Assembly (NCBI GenBank): GCA_963704655.1
Contig: OY969927.1
Location: forward strand, 352,001 to 416,000
Direction: 5' to 3'
Origin: an uncultured Candidatus Babeliaceae bacterium
GTDB taxonomy: Bacteria; Babelota; Babeliae; Babelales; Babelaceae
Length of the DNA stretch: 64,000 nucleotides
Position 1 is the stretch's first letter, and every line of letters starts with the position of its first letter. Made by a program: the position numbers and the translations under genes. Shown in pieces: positions 28,255 through 37,926 of this stretch. Below the pieces are notes generated by a model. That model made no database searches and had not been told where the DNA came from. It saw only the letters and a program-made list of their open reading frames with translations.

Positions 28255-29532
28255 ATGTTTAAAAAATCTTTTATATTTTTGGTATCGCTTTTTAGCATAG
28301 CGTGCCAGGCACAAGAGTTAAGTTATATCTTACCAACACCTGGCTTAGAAAGCGGTTTTAATAGTCCTATAAATGTGGCAATAACACCAGACGGTCAATA
28401 TGCCTATGTCACAGATAGTGGCAGTAATAGTGTGATTGTTATAGATGTTGCAAGTAATACCATTTTATCAACCCCTTATTTAACGGGTGTCTTTTCTGAC
28501 CCTTTTGGAATCGCAATTACCACCGATGGCAAATATGCGTACGTTACTAATGTTGGCAATAATACTGTAAGTGTTATAGATATAGCAAATAAAACCATAG
28601 AAACGTTAGCAACCGGTTTTTATGAACCGTTTGCAATAGCAATAAAACCAGATAATAGCTATGCCTATGTTACCAATCTTAGCAATGATAGTGTAAGTGT
28701 TATACAGATCTCGAATAATGCCGTAACAACACCAGCTGGTTTAAGCACGGGCTTTAATAGTCCAAGGGCAATAGCAATAACACCAAATAATACCTATGCT
28801 TATGTTACCAATTCAGACGGAAATTCGGTAAGCGCTATAACGCTTTCTAGTAATACTATTTATGCGACCATTACAGGATTTTATTATCCCGGTGCAATAG
28901 CAATTACACAAGATAGTAACTATGCTTATGTTGCCAATTCCGACAATAACACTGTCAGTGTTATACAAATTTCTGACAACACCATACTGCCAATATCTGG
29001 ATTAGATACTGAGTATGTTCCTCAAGGAATAACAATAAGTGGTAACTATGTGTATGTTACTTCTGGTAATGCTCCCTATGGTGCTGTCAATGTTATACTA
29101 ATCTCTGATAATAAGCTCTTATCAGTCCCAGGTTTATTAAGAGGTTTTGATGAGCCTCGAGGAATAGCAATAACCCCTAATGGGCAATATGGGTATGTGG
29201 TTAATTATGATAGTCATAGTGTAACTGTCATCTACAATCCTACGGTCTTGAATGTGAGTGGATGCAAAAGAAAAAATATCTTCTTAACGCAAATTGATAA
29301 CTATAATCATCTTACCTGGGCTGCACCGGCAGCGGGTGAACCCGCTGCATATCAGATTTACCGCGATGCAGCGTTAACGCAATTAGTTGCAACTGTGCCT
29401 GCCTCTGGCATTTTGCAGTATGATGACCATAATAGAAACCCGAATATAAATTACACCTATTATATTGTTGCAGTTGATGGTTCAGGAAATGTTTCAGCAC
29501 CTGCTGTTACTACCGTTACACAATCTTGTTAA
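28255..29532 (+). CDS. Secreted YVTN beta-propeller protein with FN3-like C-terminal domain
   Basis: Same architecture; likely start MFKKSFI. Confidence 0.88.
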   Translation: MFKKSFIFLVSLFSIACQAQELSYILPTPGLESGFNSPINVAITPDGQYAYVTDSGSNSVIVIDVASNTILSTPYLTGVFSDPFGIAITTDGKYAYVTNVGNNTVSVIDIANKTIETLATGFYEPFAIAIKPDNSYAYVTNLSNDSVSVIQISNNAVTTPAGLSTGFNSPRAIAITPNNTYAYVTNSDGNSVSAITLSSNTIYATITGFYYPGAIAITQDSNYAYVANSDNNTVSVIQISDNTILPISGLDTEYVPQGITISGNYVYVTSGNAPYGAVNVILISDNKLLSVPGLLRGFDEPRGIAITPNGQYGYVVNYDSHSVTVIYNPTVLNVSGCKRKNIFLTQIDNYNHLTWAAPAAGEPAAYQIYRDAALTQLVATVPASGILQYDDHNRNPNINYTYYIVAVDGSGNVSAPAVTTVTQSC

Positions 29533-29548
29533 CATGAAAGTGAGTATA

Positions 29549-30820
29549 ATGTTTAAAAAATCTTTTATCTTAATGTTCTTGCTTGTAAGTGCAGTATGCC
29601 AGGCACAAGAACCTAACACGATACTTAATACACCTTATTTAGATGGCGGGTTTAATGAACCGCAAGGTGTTGCTGTAACGCCAAATGGTCAATATGCCTA
29701 TGTTTGTAACTACGGCGAAAGTACTGTGAGCGTTATAGATGTCTCTACCAACTCAATAGCAACTGTGATATCAGGTTTTGATTACGGACCGCAAGGAGTA
29801 GCAATAACACCAGATGGCAAATACGCTTATGTTACTAATAATACTGGAAACAGCGTAAGCGTTATAAATTTATCAACCAATTCAATTTTGACAACAATAC
29901 CGGGTTTTAATCAACCAGTAGGAGTAGCAATAACACCAGATGGCAAATACGCTTATGTTTGTGCTGGCGGTGATGTAAAGGTTATAGACGTATCTACCAA
30001 CACCGTATCAGCAACGATAACTGGTCTTGATGATACCGCTGGAATAGCAGTTACACCAGATGGGCAATACGCCTATGTTACTATCCCGTTTGAGGGCTAT
30101 GTCGTCGTTATAAAAACTAAAGACAATTCAGTATTGACAACAATAACCGGCTTTTCTGAGCCGCAGGTACTAGCGATCACGCCGGACAACAAATACGTTT
30201 ATGTTGGAAACACTTATCAGTTAAAGGTAATAACTATTGCGGATAATGAGATATCAACAACGATATCTGGCTTTAATTTTATCTCTGGAATTTCAATAAC
30301 TCCTAATGGGCAATATGCGTATGTAACTAATTTCAATGGAAATAGTGTGAGTGTTATAGACTTAATCCCGACAGATCCAGCCTATAATACTATAATTTCA
30401 ACACCTGGCTTAGAAAGTGGGTTTACTTTTCCTGCTGGAATAGCGATCACACCAAATGGTAGCTATGCATATGTTACGAATCTATTTGGAAATAGTGTAA
30501 ATGTCATTTTTATTAAAACGCCTCTTACTGCGCCGGTTAATTTTAGCGGATGTAAAAGAAAGAATAGCTTTTTAACATCAGTTGATAATTATAACCACTT
30601 AACCTGGTTTGCATCGAGCGCCGGAACACCCGTATCGTATCAAATTTACCGCGATGCAGCGTTAACGCAATTAGTTGCAACTGTGCCTGTCTCTGGCATA
30701 TTGCAGTATGATGACCATAATAGAAATCCGAATATAAATTACACCTATTATATTGTTGCTGTTGATGGTTCAGGGGATGTCTCTGAGCCAGTAATTACTA
30801 CCGTTACACAATCTTGCTAA
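29549..30820 (+). CDS. Secreted YVTN beta-propeller protein with FN3-like C-terminal domain
   Basis: Same architecture; likely start MFKKSFI (alternatively 29534). Confidence 0.88.
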   Translation: MFKKSFILMFLLVSAVCQAQEPNTILNTPYLDGGFNEPQGVAVTPNGQYAYVCNYGESTVSVIDVSTNSIATVISGFDYGPQGVAITPDGKYAYVTNNTGNSVSVINLSTNSILTTIPGFNQPVGVAITPDGKYAYVCAGGDVKVIDVSTNTVSATITGLDDTAGIAVTPDGQYAYVTIPFEGYVVVIKTKDNSVLTTITGFSEPQVLAITPDNKYVYVGNTYQLKVITIADNEISTTISGFNFISGISITPNGQYAYVTNFNGNSVSVIDLIPTDPAYNTIISTPGLESGFTFPAGIAITPNGSYAYVTNLFGNSVNVIFIKTPLTAPVNFSGCKRKNSFLTSVDNYNHLTWFASSAGTPVSYQIYRDAALTQLVATVPVSGILQYDDHNRNPNINYTYYIVAVDGSGDVSEPVITTVTQSC

Positions 30821-30893
30821 AGGTATTGATTTGTATGCGCACAATATTTTATGGTTTAGAAAGAAAAAACATTCAAACATGAAAGTGAGTATA

Positions 30894-31271
30894 ATGTTAA
30901 AAAAATCTTTCCTATTGTTGAATTTGTTTGCTGCAGCAGGTCAAATGCTACATGCTACACCTGAAAGTCCCATTAATTTTAAAGGGTGCAAAAATAAAGA
31001 TATCTATTTGACGCAAATCGATAATTATAACTATCTCACGTGGGCAGCGCCAGATTTAGGCCCTCAGCCGGTATCATATGAGATTTTTCGCGCGAACTTT
31101 ACCAATGATACCCTTGTACTTGTTGCGACCGTTTCAGGCTCTGGAATATTAGAGTACTATGATCATGACAGAGACCCAAGTATAAATGATGAGTATGTAA
31201 TTTACGCATTAGATGCATCTGGCTTTCACTCTGTGCCTACAAGAACTACCGTTACTGAAAATTGTAATTAA
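30894..31271 (+). CDS. Secreted stand-alone FN3-like domain (no propeller)
   Basis: Signal peptide MLKKSF..HA followed directly by GCKNK.IYLTQIDNYN.LTW...TTVTENCN. Confidence 0.8.
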   Translation: MLKKSFLLLNLFAAAGQMLHATPESPINFKGCKNKDIYLTQIDNYNYLTWAAPDLGPQPVSYEIFRANFTNDTLVLVATVSGSGILEYYDHDRDPSINDEYVIYALDASGFHSVPTRTTVTENCN

Positions 31272-31296
31272 ATCTTCACATAAAAAAAGGAAAATT

Positions 31297-31902
31297 ATGA
31301 AAAATACAAAAAAATTATATCTCGGCTTATTGTTATTAAGCGCATGCTTGAATATACACAGTAAAAGAGACGTTATGTTAGAGTTCAAAGGCGCCTTTTT
31401 TCAACCAATAAACTGTACCTTTAAAAATATCTACGGCGGCGGGGCGTTTTTTGGGCCTGAACTGACCTTTAATATTTTCAGAAATATTCATGGCTTTGTA
31501 AGTTATGACTATTTTACTAAAAATGGTAACACTATTGGCTTAAGTACACCAACATCTGTTAATTTTATGGCGCTCGGCGTTGGGGTGAAATTCATGGGCT
31601 GTGTCAGCGACCATGCTCGTCTGTACGCTGGCTTAGGTTTTGAACCAGTATATTTAACGACAAAAAACTGCTCACCATACGTTACACCAAAAACGCAAAA
31701 ATGGGGCTTTGGTGGCATAGCTAAATTCGGTGCTTATATCGATTTACCACACAGCTTTGTACTCGATCTTTTTGCCGATTATTCATTTGTTAAAGTTTCG
31801 CCAAGCTGCTGCACCGGTTCACCTCTTGGTTATATTCAACCAACCAAAGCTGATTTAAGCGGCTTTATCTTCGGCGCTGGCCTTGGCTATCGTTTTAATT
31901 AA
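31297..31902 (+). CDS. Outer-membrane beta-barrel protein (small, OmpW/OmpA-like size)
   Basis: Signal peptide, alternating amphipathic strands, C-terminal GAGLGYRFN beta-signal. Confidence 0.8.
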   Translation: MKNTKKLYLGLLLLSACLNIHSKRDVMLEFKGAFFQPINCTFKNIYGGGAFFGPELTFNIFRNIHGFVSYDYFTKNGNTIGLSTPTSVNFMALGVGVKFMGCVSDHARLYAGLGFEPVYLTTKNCSPYVTPKTQKWGFGGIAKFGAYIDLPHSFVLDLFADYSFVKVSPSCCTGSPLGYIQPTKADLSGFIFGAGLGYRFN

Positions 31903-31917
31903 GTCTTAATATATTTA

Positions 31918-31941
31918 TATCAGGGGCGAACGCCCCTGATA
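31918..31941. terminator. Hairpin / terminator
   Basis: atcaggggcg-aa-cgcccctgat. Confidence 0.65.
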
Positions 31942-31960
31942 TCTTTTAAAGGTAAATGCA

Positions 31961-33361
31961 ATGATAAGAAAAATTATAATGTTCTTTATACTGATTTTTA
32001 GCAGTGTATTTTTTCAACATCTTTATTCACAAGAGCCAAATACGGTTTTAGGTATCGTTTCAGACCCCAATGCTACAATTGCTTATCCAGATGCTATAAC
32101 TATAACACCCGATGGGCTCTATGCCTATGTCGCTAATGAGAAGCCAACACTAAGCATAGTTGATCTAAATCCTTTAAATCCGACTTATAACTCAGTAATT
32201 GGTGTAGTATCTGGTCTTAATTCCCCTAGCGCTTTAGCAGCAACATTTGATAACAAATACCTGTATGTTGCTAATTATTATGACGGTGTGAGTATAGTAG
32301 ATAGAGCAACCAACACGGTAACCGGTGCTGTTGAAGATACAGGTTTTCCTTTTCTTGGTCCATATAGCGTGGCAATAACACCTAATAATCTCTATGCCTA
32401 TGTCGCTAATTATGGTATTAACTTCACTGCCGGTACCACAGTAAATATTGTTGATTTAGATCCATTATCTACCAACTACAACAAAGTTATTGGTATTGTA
32501 TCAGATCCTAGTGATACTTTTAATGGCCCTAGCGCAATAGCGATAACACCAGATGGGCTTCATGCCTACGTTGCTAATTATGGCTTTCCAGACGGTGGTA
32601 CCACAGTAAGTATTGTTGATCTAGATCCATTATCAACCGACTACAACAAAGTTATTGGTATTGTATCAGATGCTGGCAATACTATACAAACACCAAATGC
32701 AATAACAATAACGCCCGATGGAACGCGTGCCTATGTTGCAAATAATAATGGAAACACTGTCAGTATTATTGATTTAGATCCACTATCTGACAATTACAAT
32801 AGAGTTATTGGCACAGTATTAGACCCTCTTTCTACCATCAATGCTCCTACTGATGTGGCAATAACACCTGATAATCTTTATGCCTATGTTGCAAATAATA
32901 ATGGAAACACTGTAAGTATAGTAAGTTTAGAAAACAATACGGTAATAGGGACGGCGATAGATCCAAATTTCACTCTTAATGGACCATACTGGCTTGATGT
33001 AACACCTAATGGCAGCTATGTATATGTGGCTAATATTAGTGGCAGCAGTGTGAGTATTATAGGTTCAGATATAGTAAATAATTTCAGCGGATGTAAACGA
33101 AAGAATCTTTTTCTGAATCAAGTTGATAATTACAATCATCTTACCTGGTCTGCTCCAAATAACTTTATTGCAGTGAGTTACCAAATATATCGAGATGCAG
33201 CCCTTACGCAGCTTGTCGCTACAGTTCCTGCTTCGGGAATATTGCAATACGATGACCATAATAGAAACCCAAATGTGAATTATGGTTATTATATAGTTGG
33301 TGTAAATGCTTTAGGTGCTCAATCAGGTTTTGCAGCAACCACTGTTACACAATCTTGTTAA
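31961..33361 (+). CDS. Secreted YVTN beta-propeller protein with FN3-like C-terminal domain
   Basis: ITPDG..AYVAN repeats; C-terminal domain GCKRKN...TTVTQSC. Confidence 0.88.
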   Translation: MIRKIIMFFILIFSSVFFQHLYSQEPNTVLGIVSDPNATIAYPDAITITPDGLYAYVANEKPTLSIVDLNPLNPTYNSVIGVVSGLNSPSALAATFDNKYLYVANYYDGVSIVDRATNTVTGAVEDTGFPFLGPYSVAITPNNLYAYVANYGINFTAGTTVNIVDLDPLSTNYNKVIGIVSDPSDTFNGPSAIAITPDGLHAYVANYGFPDGGTTVSIVDLDPLSTDYNKVIGIVSDAGNTIQTPNAITITPDGTRAYVANNNGNTVSIIDLDPLSDNYNRVIGTVLDPLSTINAPTDVAITPDNLYAYVANNNGNTVSIVSLENNTVIGTAIDPNFTLNGPYWLDVTPNGSYVYVANISGSSVSIIGSDIVNNFSGCKRKNLFLNQVDNYNHLTWSAPNNFIAVSYQIYRDAALTQLVATVPASGILQYDDHNRNPNVNYGYYIVGVNALGAQSGFAATTVTQSC

Positions 33362-33410
33362 CTCTGGGAAAAGACTTTAATGTCTGATAATTAAACTTCT
33401 GTTTTTCATA

Positions 33411-33434
33411 AAGGGGCTCTTTTTCGAGCCCCTT
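33411..33434. terminator. Terminator hairpin between convergent genes
   Basis: aaggggctc-ttttttc-gagcccctt. Confidence 0.7.
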
Positions 33435-33452
33435 ACTTTCTTTATCTTTTAT

Positions 33453-33520
33453 TAATCATATTTTTTCTCATTTATATCCCCAACCCTTCGACTTCGCTAC
33501 GCTCCGCTCTGGGTGAGCGG
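33453..33520. repeat. Solo end of the GIY-YIG cassette
   Basis: Near-identical to 23740-23806, including the AT-rich flank that lies between the repeat and the nuclease start. Confidence 0.8.
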
Positions 33521-33588
33521 TGGGTGATATCAACCGAATTTATCGAGATAGAGTAACATTTAAAGAAAGCTTATCTATCAATTAATCA

Positions 33589-35055
33589 CTAATATGACTT
33601 TGCAACCATAACATCGCTTGGGCTTTCTAAGTCACAATTAAAACAGGTTAAAAACTGTTTCTCTTCAATAATACAGCGTGTTGTTGCTTGATATTCTTTG
33701 AGCTTAGCTTCACATTCACGTGAGCGGCACCAGCCCGTTTGATAAAAGCCACCTTTGTCTTTAAGATCTTCTGCAAATTCAGCAAGTTTTGCTCGCTTGT
33801 GCCACTGGCTCGCGCGGCGTTCGCGCGCACGCTCAAAAAGCATTGTTTGAACTTCAGAAAGGGTTGTCTCAACTGTTTTTGATAAATCCTGCCATGCAAC
33901 AGTTTGCTTAATTCCCGTTACACGGTTGGTTATTACCGCAACCTGTTGTGCTATATCACGCGGGCCAACTTCGATGCGTAGTGGCACACCCTTAAGCTCC
34001 CACTGATAAAACTTAGCGCCCGGAGTAGTGTGTGTTTCGGCATCAACTTTAACTCTAAACTGTTTGCCTAAATTGTCCTTAAGTGCACAAGCCGCAGCTT
34101 CAACTTCGTTATTGGGCATATTTTTATTATAAATAGGAATAATGATAATCTGAATAGGCGCAATGCGTGGCGGCATTATAAGACCTTTTTGGTCACCATG
34201 CGTCATAATAAGCGCGCCAATAAGGCGGGTAGTAACTGCCCAACTAGTAAGATATGGGTATGATTCGCCACCATTACGGTCCTGGTACTTCATGCCAAAT
34301 GCGTGAGCAAAGCCTTGGGAGATCATATGTGATGTTCCCATTTGTAATGCCTTACCATCTTGCATTAATGCTTCAAAGGTAAGCGTCATATCCGCACCGG
34401 CAAACTTTTCTGATTCAGATTTTTTACCTGCAATTACTGGTATTGCAAGATAGTTTTCTGCAAGATCGACATATTCAAGCAGCATAGTATGTGTTTCTAA
34501 AAGCGCTTCTTCCTGTGTTTCATGCGCCGTGTGTCCCTCTTGCCACCAAAATTCTGTAGTGCGTAAAAAGGGGCGCGAGCGCATTTCCCAGCGGACAACA
34601 CTGGCCCACTGATTTATCTTTAATGGTAAATCGCGCCATGAGCGGATCCATTGTGCAAACATATAATGAATAATAGTTTCAGAAGTAGGGCGCACCACTA
34701 ACGGTTCATCGAGTTTTTTGCCGCCTGCGTGGGTTACCACCGCAAGCTCAGGAGCAAAGCCCTCTATATGTTCAGCTTCGCGCTTTAAAAAGGATTCTGG
34801 AATCAACAGCGGAAACTGGGCATTTTGGTGACCGGTATCTTTAATTTTTTTATCTACAACTTTTACAATCTCTTCCCATAGGGCATACCCATAAGGTCGA
34901 ATAACGATGCAGCCACGCACGGGCGCTTGATCTGCCAATTCTGCCTGGAAAACCACTTCGTGGTACCATTCAGCAAATGAACTGTTAATATCTGGCAATG
35001 CTGTCGTTGTCTGTTTGGTGCGTTCTTGCGCACCACTTTTATTCTGATCACTCAT
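33589..35055 (-). CDS. proS: Prolyl-tRNA synthetase (archaeal/eukaryotic-type)
   Basis: VRPTSET, WIRSWRDLP, RTTEF.WQEGHT, LQMGTSH, C-terminal Zn domain ending KSY. Confidence 0.96.
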   Translation of the reverse strand: MSDQNKSGAQERTKQTTTALPDINSSFAEWYHEVVFQAELADQAPVRGCIVIRPYGYALWEEIVKVVDKKIKDTGHQNAQFPLLIPESFLKREAEHIEGFAPELAVVTHAGGKKLDEPLVVRPTSETIIHYMFAQWIRSWRDLPLKINQWASVVRWEMRSRPFLRTTEFWWQEGHTAHETQEEALLETHTMLLEYVDLAENYLAIPVIAGKKSESEKFAGADMTLTFEALMQDGKALQMGTSHMISQGFAHAFGMKYQDRNGGESYPYLTSWAVTTRLIGALIMTHGDQKGLIMPPRIAPIQIIIIPIYNKNMPNNEVEAAACALKDNLGKQFRVKVDAETHTTPGAKFYQWELKGVPLRIEVGPRDIAQQVAVITNRVTGIKQTVAWQDLSKTVETTLSEVQTMLFERARERRASQWHKRAKLAEFAEDLKDKGGFYQTGWCRSRECEAKLKEYQATTRCIIEEKQFLTCFNCDLESPSDVMVAKSY

Positions 35056-35087
35056 CTTATTAGACCTTATTACGCTCTTAAAAACGA

Positions 35088-35113
35088 CCGCTCATCCTGA
35101 GCCTGTCGAAGGG
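35088..35113. repeat. Palindromic repeat, short form
   Basis: ccgctcatcctgagcctgtcgaaggg; inverted copy at about 36677-36702. Confidence 0.8.
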
Positions 35114-35288
35114 TTAGCGAATTTAAAAAATATAAATTTCTTATCTTATTAGTTTACACAAACATCGTTTAATAATTAAGGGGCATTAAAGAATTTTTAA
35201 GATATATCTATAAGAATTGTAGTAAAACTTTATATACTTATATTAAGTAAGAAAAATTAGAGAAATATTATGCGACGCAAAAGGGGTA

Positions 35289-35687
35289 GTGAAATTGAAA
35301 AAGTTTCTTTATTTTATGGTTTTTTTTGGCTGGTTCCCAAGTTATGCACAATTGGTGCAGTCACAACCTTCGGTGAAATTGGAAAGAGCGTTACATCTGG
35401 CGCGTAAGGAAATTAACCGGCTTTTTTTAACACGTAGTGAACTTGAGCATCTTACAGAATATTTAGAATTTTATGCCTCGTGGTATGCGGCAGTTACACC
35501 AGCCAGTGCTGAGCTGAGAAATTCATTATCAAAACAGGCATTAGATTTTATCGCCAAAATTAAAAAGATAGCAAAACCGCTTGAGCGCAAACCGGACCGC
35601 CGACTTATGGGCGCAAGTAGACTTTCTGATGATGGCAAGAAATTCTATCAAAAAATTATTGAAGAGCTACAAAAGAAACTTTTATGA
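35289..35687 (+). CDS. Exported hypothetical protein
   Basis: GTG start after GGGG, signal peptide ..SYA. Confidence 0.55.
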   Translation: MKLKKFLYFMVFFGWFPSYAQLVQSQPSVKLERALHLARKEINRLFLTRSELEHLTEYLEFYASWYAAVTPASAELRNSLSKQALDFIAKIKKIAKPLERKPDRRLMGASRLSDDGKKFYQKIIEELQKKLL

Positions 35688-35864
35688 AAATTAAAATTAG
35701 CTCAAGCATTGAAGGGCTGATTGGCAACAAAGATTTGGCCGAGGGTACTAATAGGCGCTATACAGCCGGCTATATTATGGAGCAACTAGCTATTTGGGTA
35801 TACGAAAGATAAATAAATAGAATTAGATATAGATAGTGGCGGGTTATGAGAGGAAGCATGTGAT

Positions 35865-36386
35865 ATGGCAAATGTTGAGAAAAAACAAAAGAATACTTCT
35901 GCGTTCCAAAAGCGTAATCTTCTAAAAGAAATTTATGAAAAAAAGATTACTGAAAAAGAAGCTGAAGATATTTGGCTTAATGTAGAGGGATCAAATGCTT
36001 ATGCCCAAATTGGTATAAATACCTATAAAGAACGTTTAGCTGTGGATGCCATACCCTTTAAGATATTGGCAAAATGGCGCTACGAAGGCTGGCCAACTGT
36101 TTGTGCCATATGCAATAAACCTTGCGATATGGATAAAAATGAAGGGTATCCTGTAAAGAAATGGCGCGTGAATAATAAAATTAAAAGAAATTTTATTATT
36201 CATAAAGAATGTGAACCCTTGCCTTATGCAGATTATAGAGAACTAGAAGCCTGGCATATTATTGAAAAAGCGATAGATGATTTAGAAAAGTTGCAAGAAA
36301 TACGGATAACTACTGTAAAGGATAACGTCGTTGGTTATATAGTGAGTCGTTTGGCAAGAAATAAGAAGACTAAGGAGCCGTTATGA
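35865..36386 (+). CDS. Hypothetical protein with CxxC...HxxC putative zinc site
   Basis: CAIC...HKEC; GAGGA upstream; no signal peptide. Confidence 0.55.
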   Translation: MANVEKKQKNTSAFQKRNLLKEIYEKKITEKEAEDIWLNVEGSNAYAQIGINTYKERLAVDAIPFKILAKWRYEGWPTVCAICNKPCDMDKNEGYPVKKWRVNNKIKRNFIIHKECEPLPYADYRELEAWHIIEKAIDDLEKLQEIRITTVKDNVVGYIVSRLARNKKTKEPL

Positions 36387-36573
36387 AAGAAAATAGGGCA
36401 ATTTCAGGGAAAATTCATAAAAAAGTTATGCGACGCTTATAAGATCGATTAAATCTGCATTTAGAAACGGGCGAACCAGGATTAACGATAACGCGTCTTT
36501 TGGTGGCGGCTAAATAGATGGGCAGTAGCGAGCGTGATTAAAAAATAATTTTTTATTCCCCGCAAACCCTTTC

Positions 36574-36702
36574 CAGCCGTCCCTCGATACTAAACTTCGA
36601 CTTCGCTCAGTTTCACTCGGGATGAGCGGCGGCAGACAGGCGACTGTTGTAAATAACAATCACTTTCAATTCCCAACCCTTCGACGGGCTCAGGATGAGC
36701 GG
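36574..36702. repeat. Nested palindromic repeats
   Basis: ccagccgtc-[cctcgatac...cactcgggatgagcgg]-cggcagacaggc plus cccttcgacgggctcaggatgagcgg. Confidence 0.7.
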
Positions 36703-36810
36703 TGGGAAAATTGGTCAATAAAGACCAGAAAAAGTATAAAACTTTAAAGAATGCGATTGATTAGCGATAAAATCGATCTGTGGCTGCAAATCTTTTAAAA
36801 TGGCACCCCA

Positions 36811-36838
36811 ATTGTGTATAATGCTACTTATATACAAT
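36811..36838. promoter_or_regulatory. dif-like tyrosine-recombinase site (11-6-11)
   Basis: ATTGTGTATAA-TGCTAC-TTATATACAAT; arms are inverted with one mismatch and have the inner ATAA-N6-TTAT core of dif sites. Confidence 0.75.
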
Positions 36839-36880
36839 ATGCGTCAATTTTGACGATCTAGACAGTTTAAAGGAGCTGTA

Positions 36881-37846
36881 ATGAAGAATAATACTATTGC
36901 GTTAACAAGTAGCCGTGAACTTACTCACGAGCAGGCGTTATTTTTAAAAAAGGAAGCCGTTTGGAAAAACTTGGCCGACATCACCGTCGCGCAAGCGGTC
37001 AAGCAATGGCTGGCTACCCTCAAAAGTATAACAGCAAAAAATTACACAAGTGGCATTAAACAACTTGCCAAGTGTAAGCTGATAGACATGAAACTTTCCC
37101 TACAGCTTTTTTCACTTATTAACCATGATGCCATTATAGACCAGATAAAAATTTTACCCGAACTTTCTGAATGCTCCAAGCAAGCGCGCGCGGCGTGTTA
37201 TATTTCGTTCACCCGTTTTTTATCCAGAAGAACGCAGGGAGTTATACCAAAAGCAACCCCAAGTCGCGAAGGTGTTTCAAAGACTTTTTATAGGGTACGG
37301 GATAAAGTGGCTACCGAGGCAATGACCCGTGCGCAATGGACAGACTTTTTGGATGAACTCCACAAAATCAATCCACGGGATTGCCTTATTGCAAAGGTTA
37401 TTTTACAAGGGGGCAAAAGGTTATCAGAAGTTTTAAGCCTGACAACTGATAAAATTGATTTTATTAAACGTGAGATTACTTTTAGACAATCAAAGACAAA
37501 GGGCTATGAAAAAGAGACGGTAATAACGTATCCACAAACTATACTTGATGAACTGAAAAGTTATCTTGATGGTCGGCAAGGTCTTGTCTTTGTAACCAAT
37601 AAATTTAAACCGATTATGCCTAACCAACTTGCCGTTACCTTTGAAAGAGCCGGTGTCGCTGCCGGAGCACCCTTTAAGGTTACCCCGCACGTCCTGCGCG
37701 CATCGGCAATCACCTATTTAAAATTGTCCGGATATTCTGATAGTGATATCATGAAAATTTCAGGGCATGCCAACTCAGCCATGGTTAATGCTTACGACAA
37801 AAGCGACCGTGCACTTAATATTAGTAAAAAAGTGAGTTTAGTATAA
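36881..37846 (+). CDS. Tyrosine recombinase, chlamydial plasmid pGP7/pGP8-D-like
   Basis: Catalytic set GKRLSEV / QSKTK / TPHVLRAS / SGH....V.AYD; QARAACYISFTRFL block recalled from pGP8-D; SD AAGGAG. Confidence 0.88.
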   Translation: MKNNTIALTSSRELTHEQALFLKKEAVWKNLADITVAQAVKQWLATLKSITAKNYTSGIKQLAKCKLIDMKLSLQLFSLINHDAIIDQIKILPELSECSKQARAACYISFTRFLSRRTQGVIPKATPSREGVSKTFYRVRDKVATEAMTRAQWTDFLDELHKINPRDCLIAKVILQGGKRLSEVLSLTTDKIDFIKREITFRQSKTKGYEKETVITYPQTILDELKSYLDGRQGLVFVTNKFKPIMPNQLAVTFERAGVAAGAPFKVTPHVLRASAITYLKLSGYSDSDIMKISGHANSAMVNAYDKSDRALNISKKVSLV

Positions 37847-37889
37847 ATTAATTACACGACGCATAAAATATAGATTGGAACATATTTTT

Positions 37890-37926
37890 AAAAGTGGCGC
37901 ACGAGGATCGACCCAGCGCCACTTTT
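37890..37926. terminator. Hairpin after the recombinase gene
   Basis: aaaagtggcgc...gcgccactttt. Confidence 0.6.

Noticed and set aside
28181-33362. GTTRRRY-like attC cores at YVTN gene ends
   Set aside because: They arise from the terminal Cys codon plus stop (TGT TAR); no inverse core or hairpin
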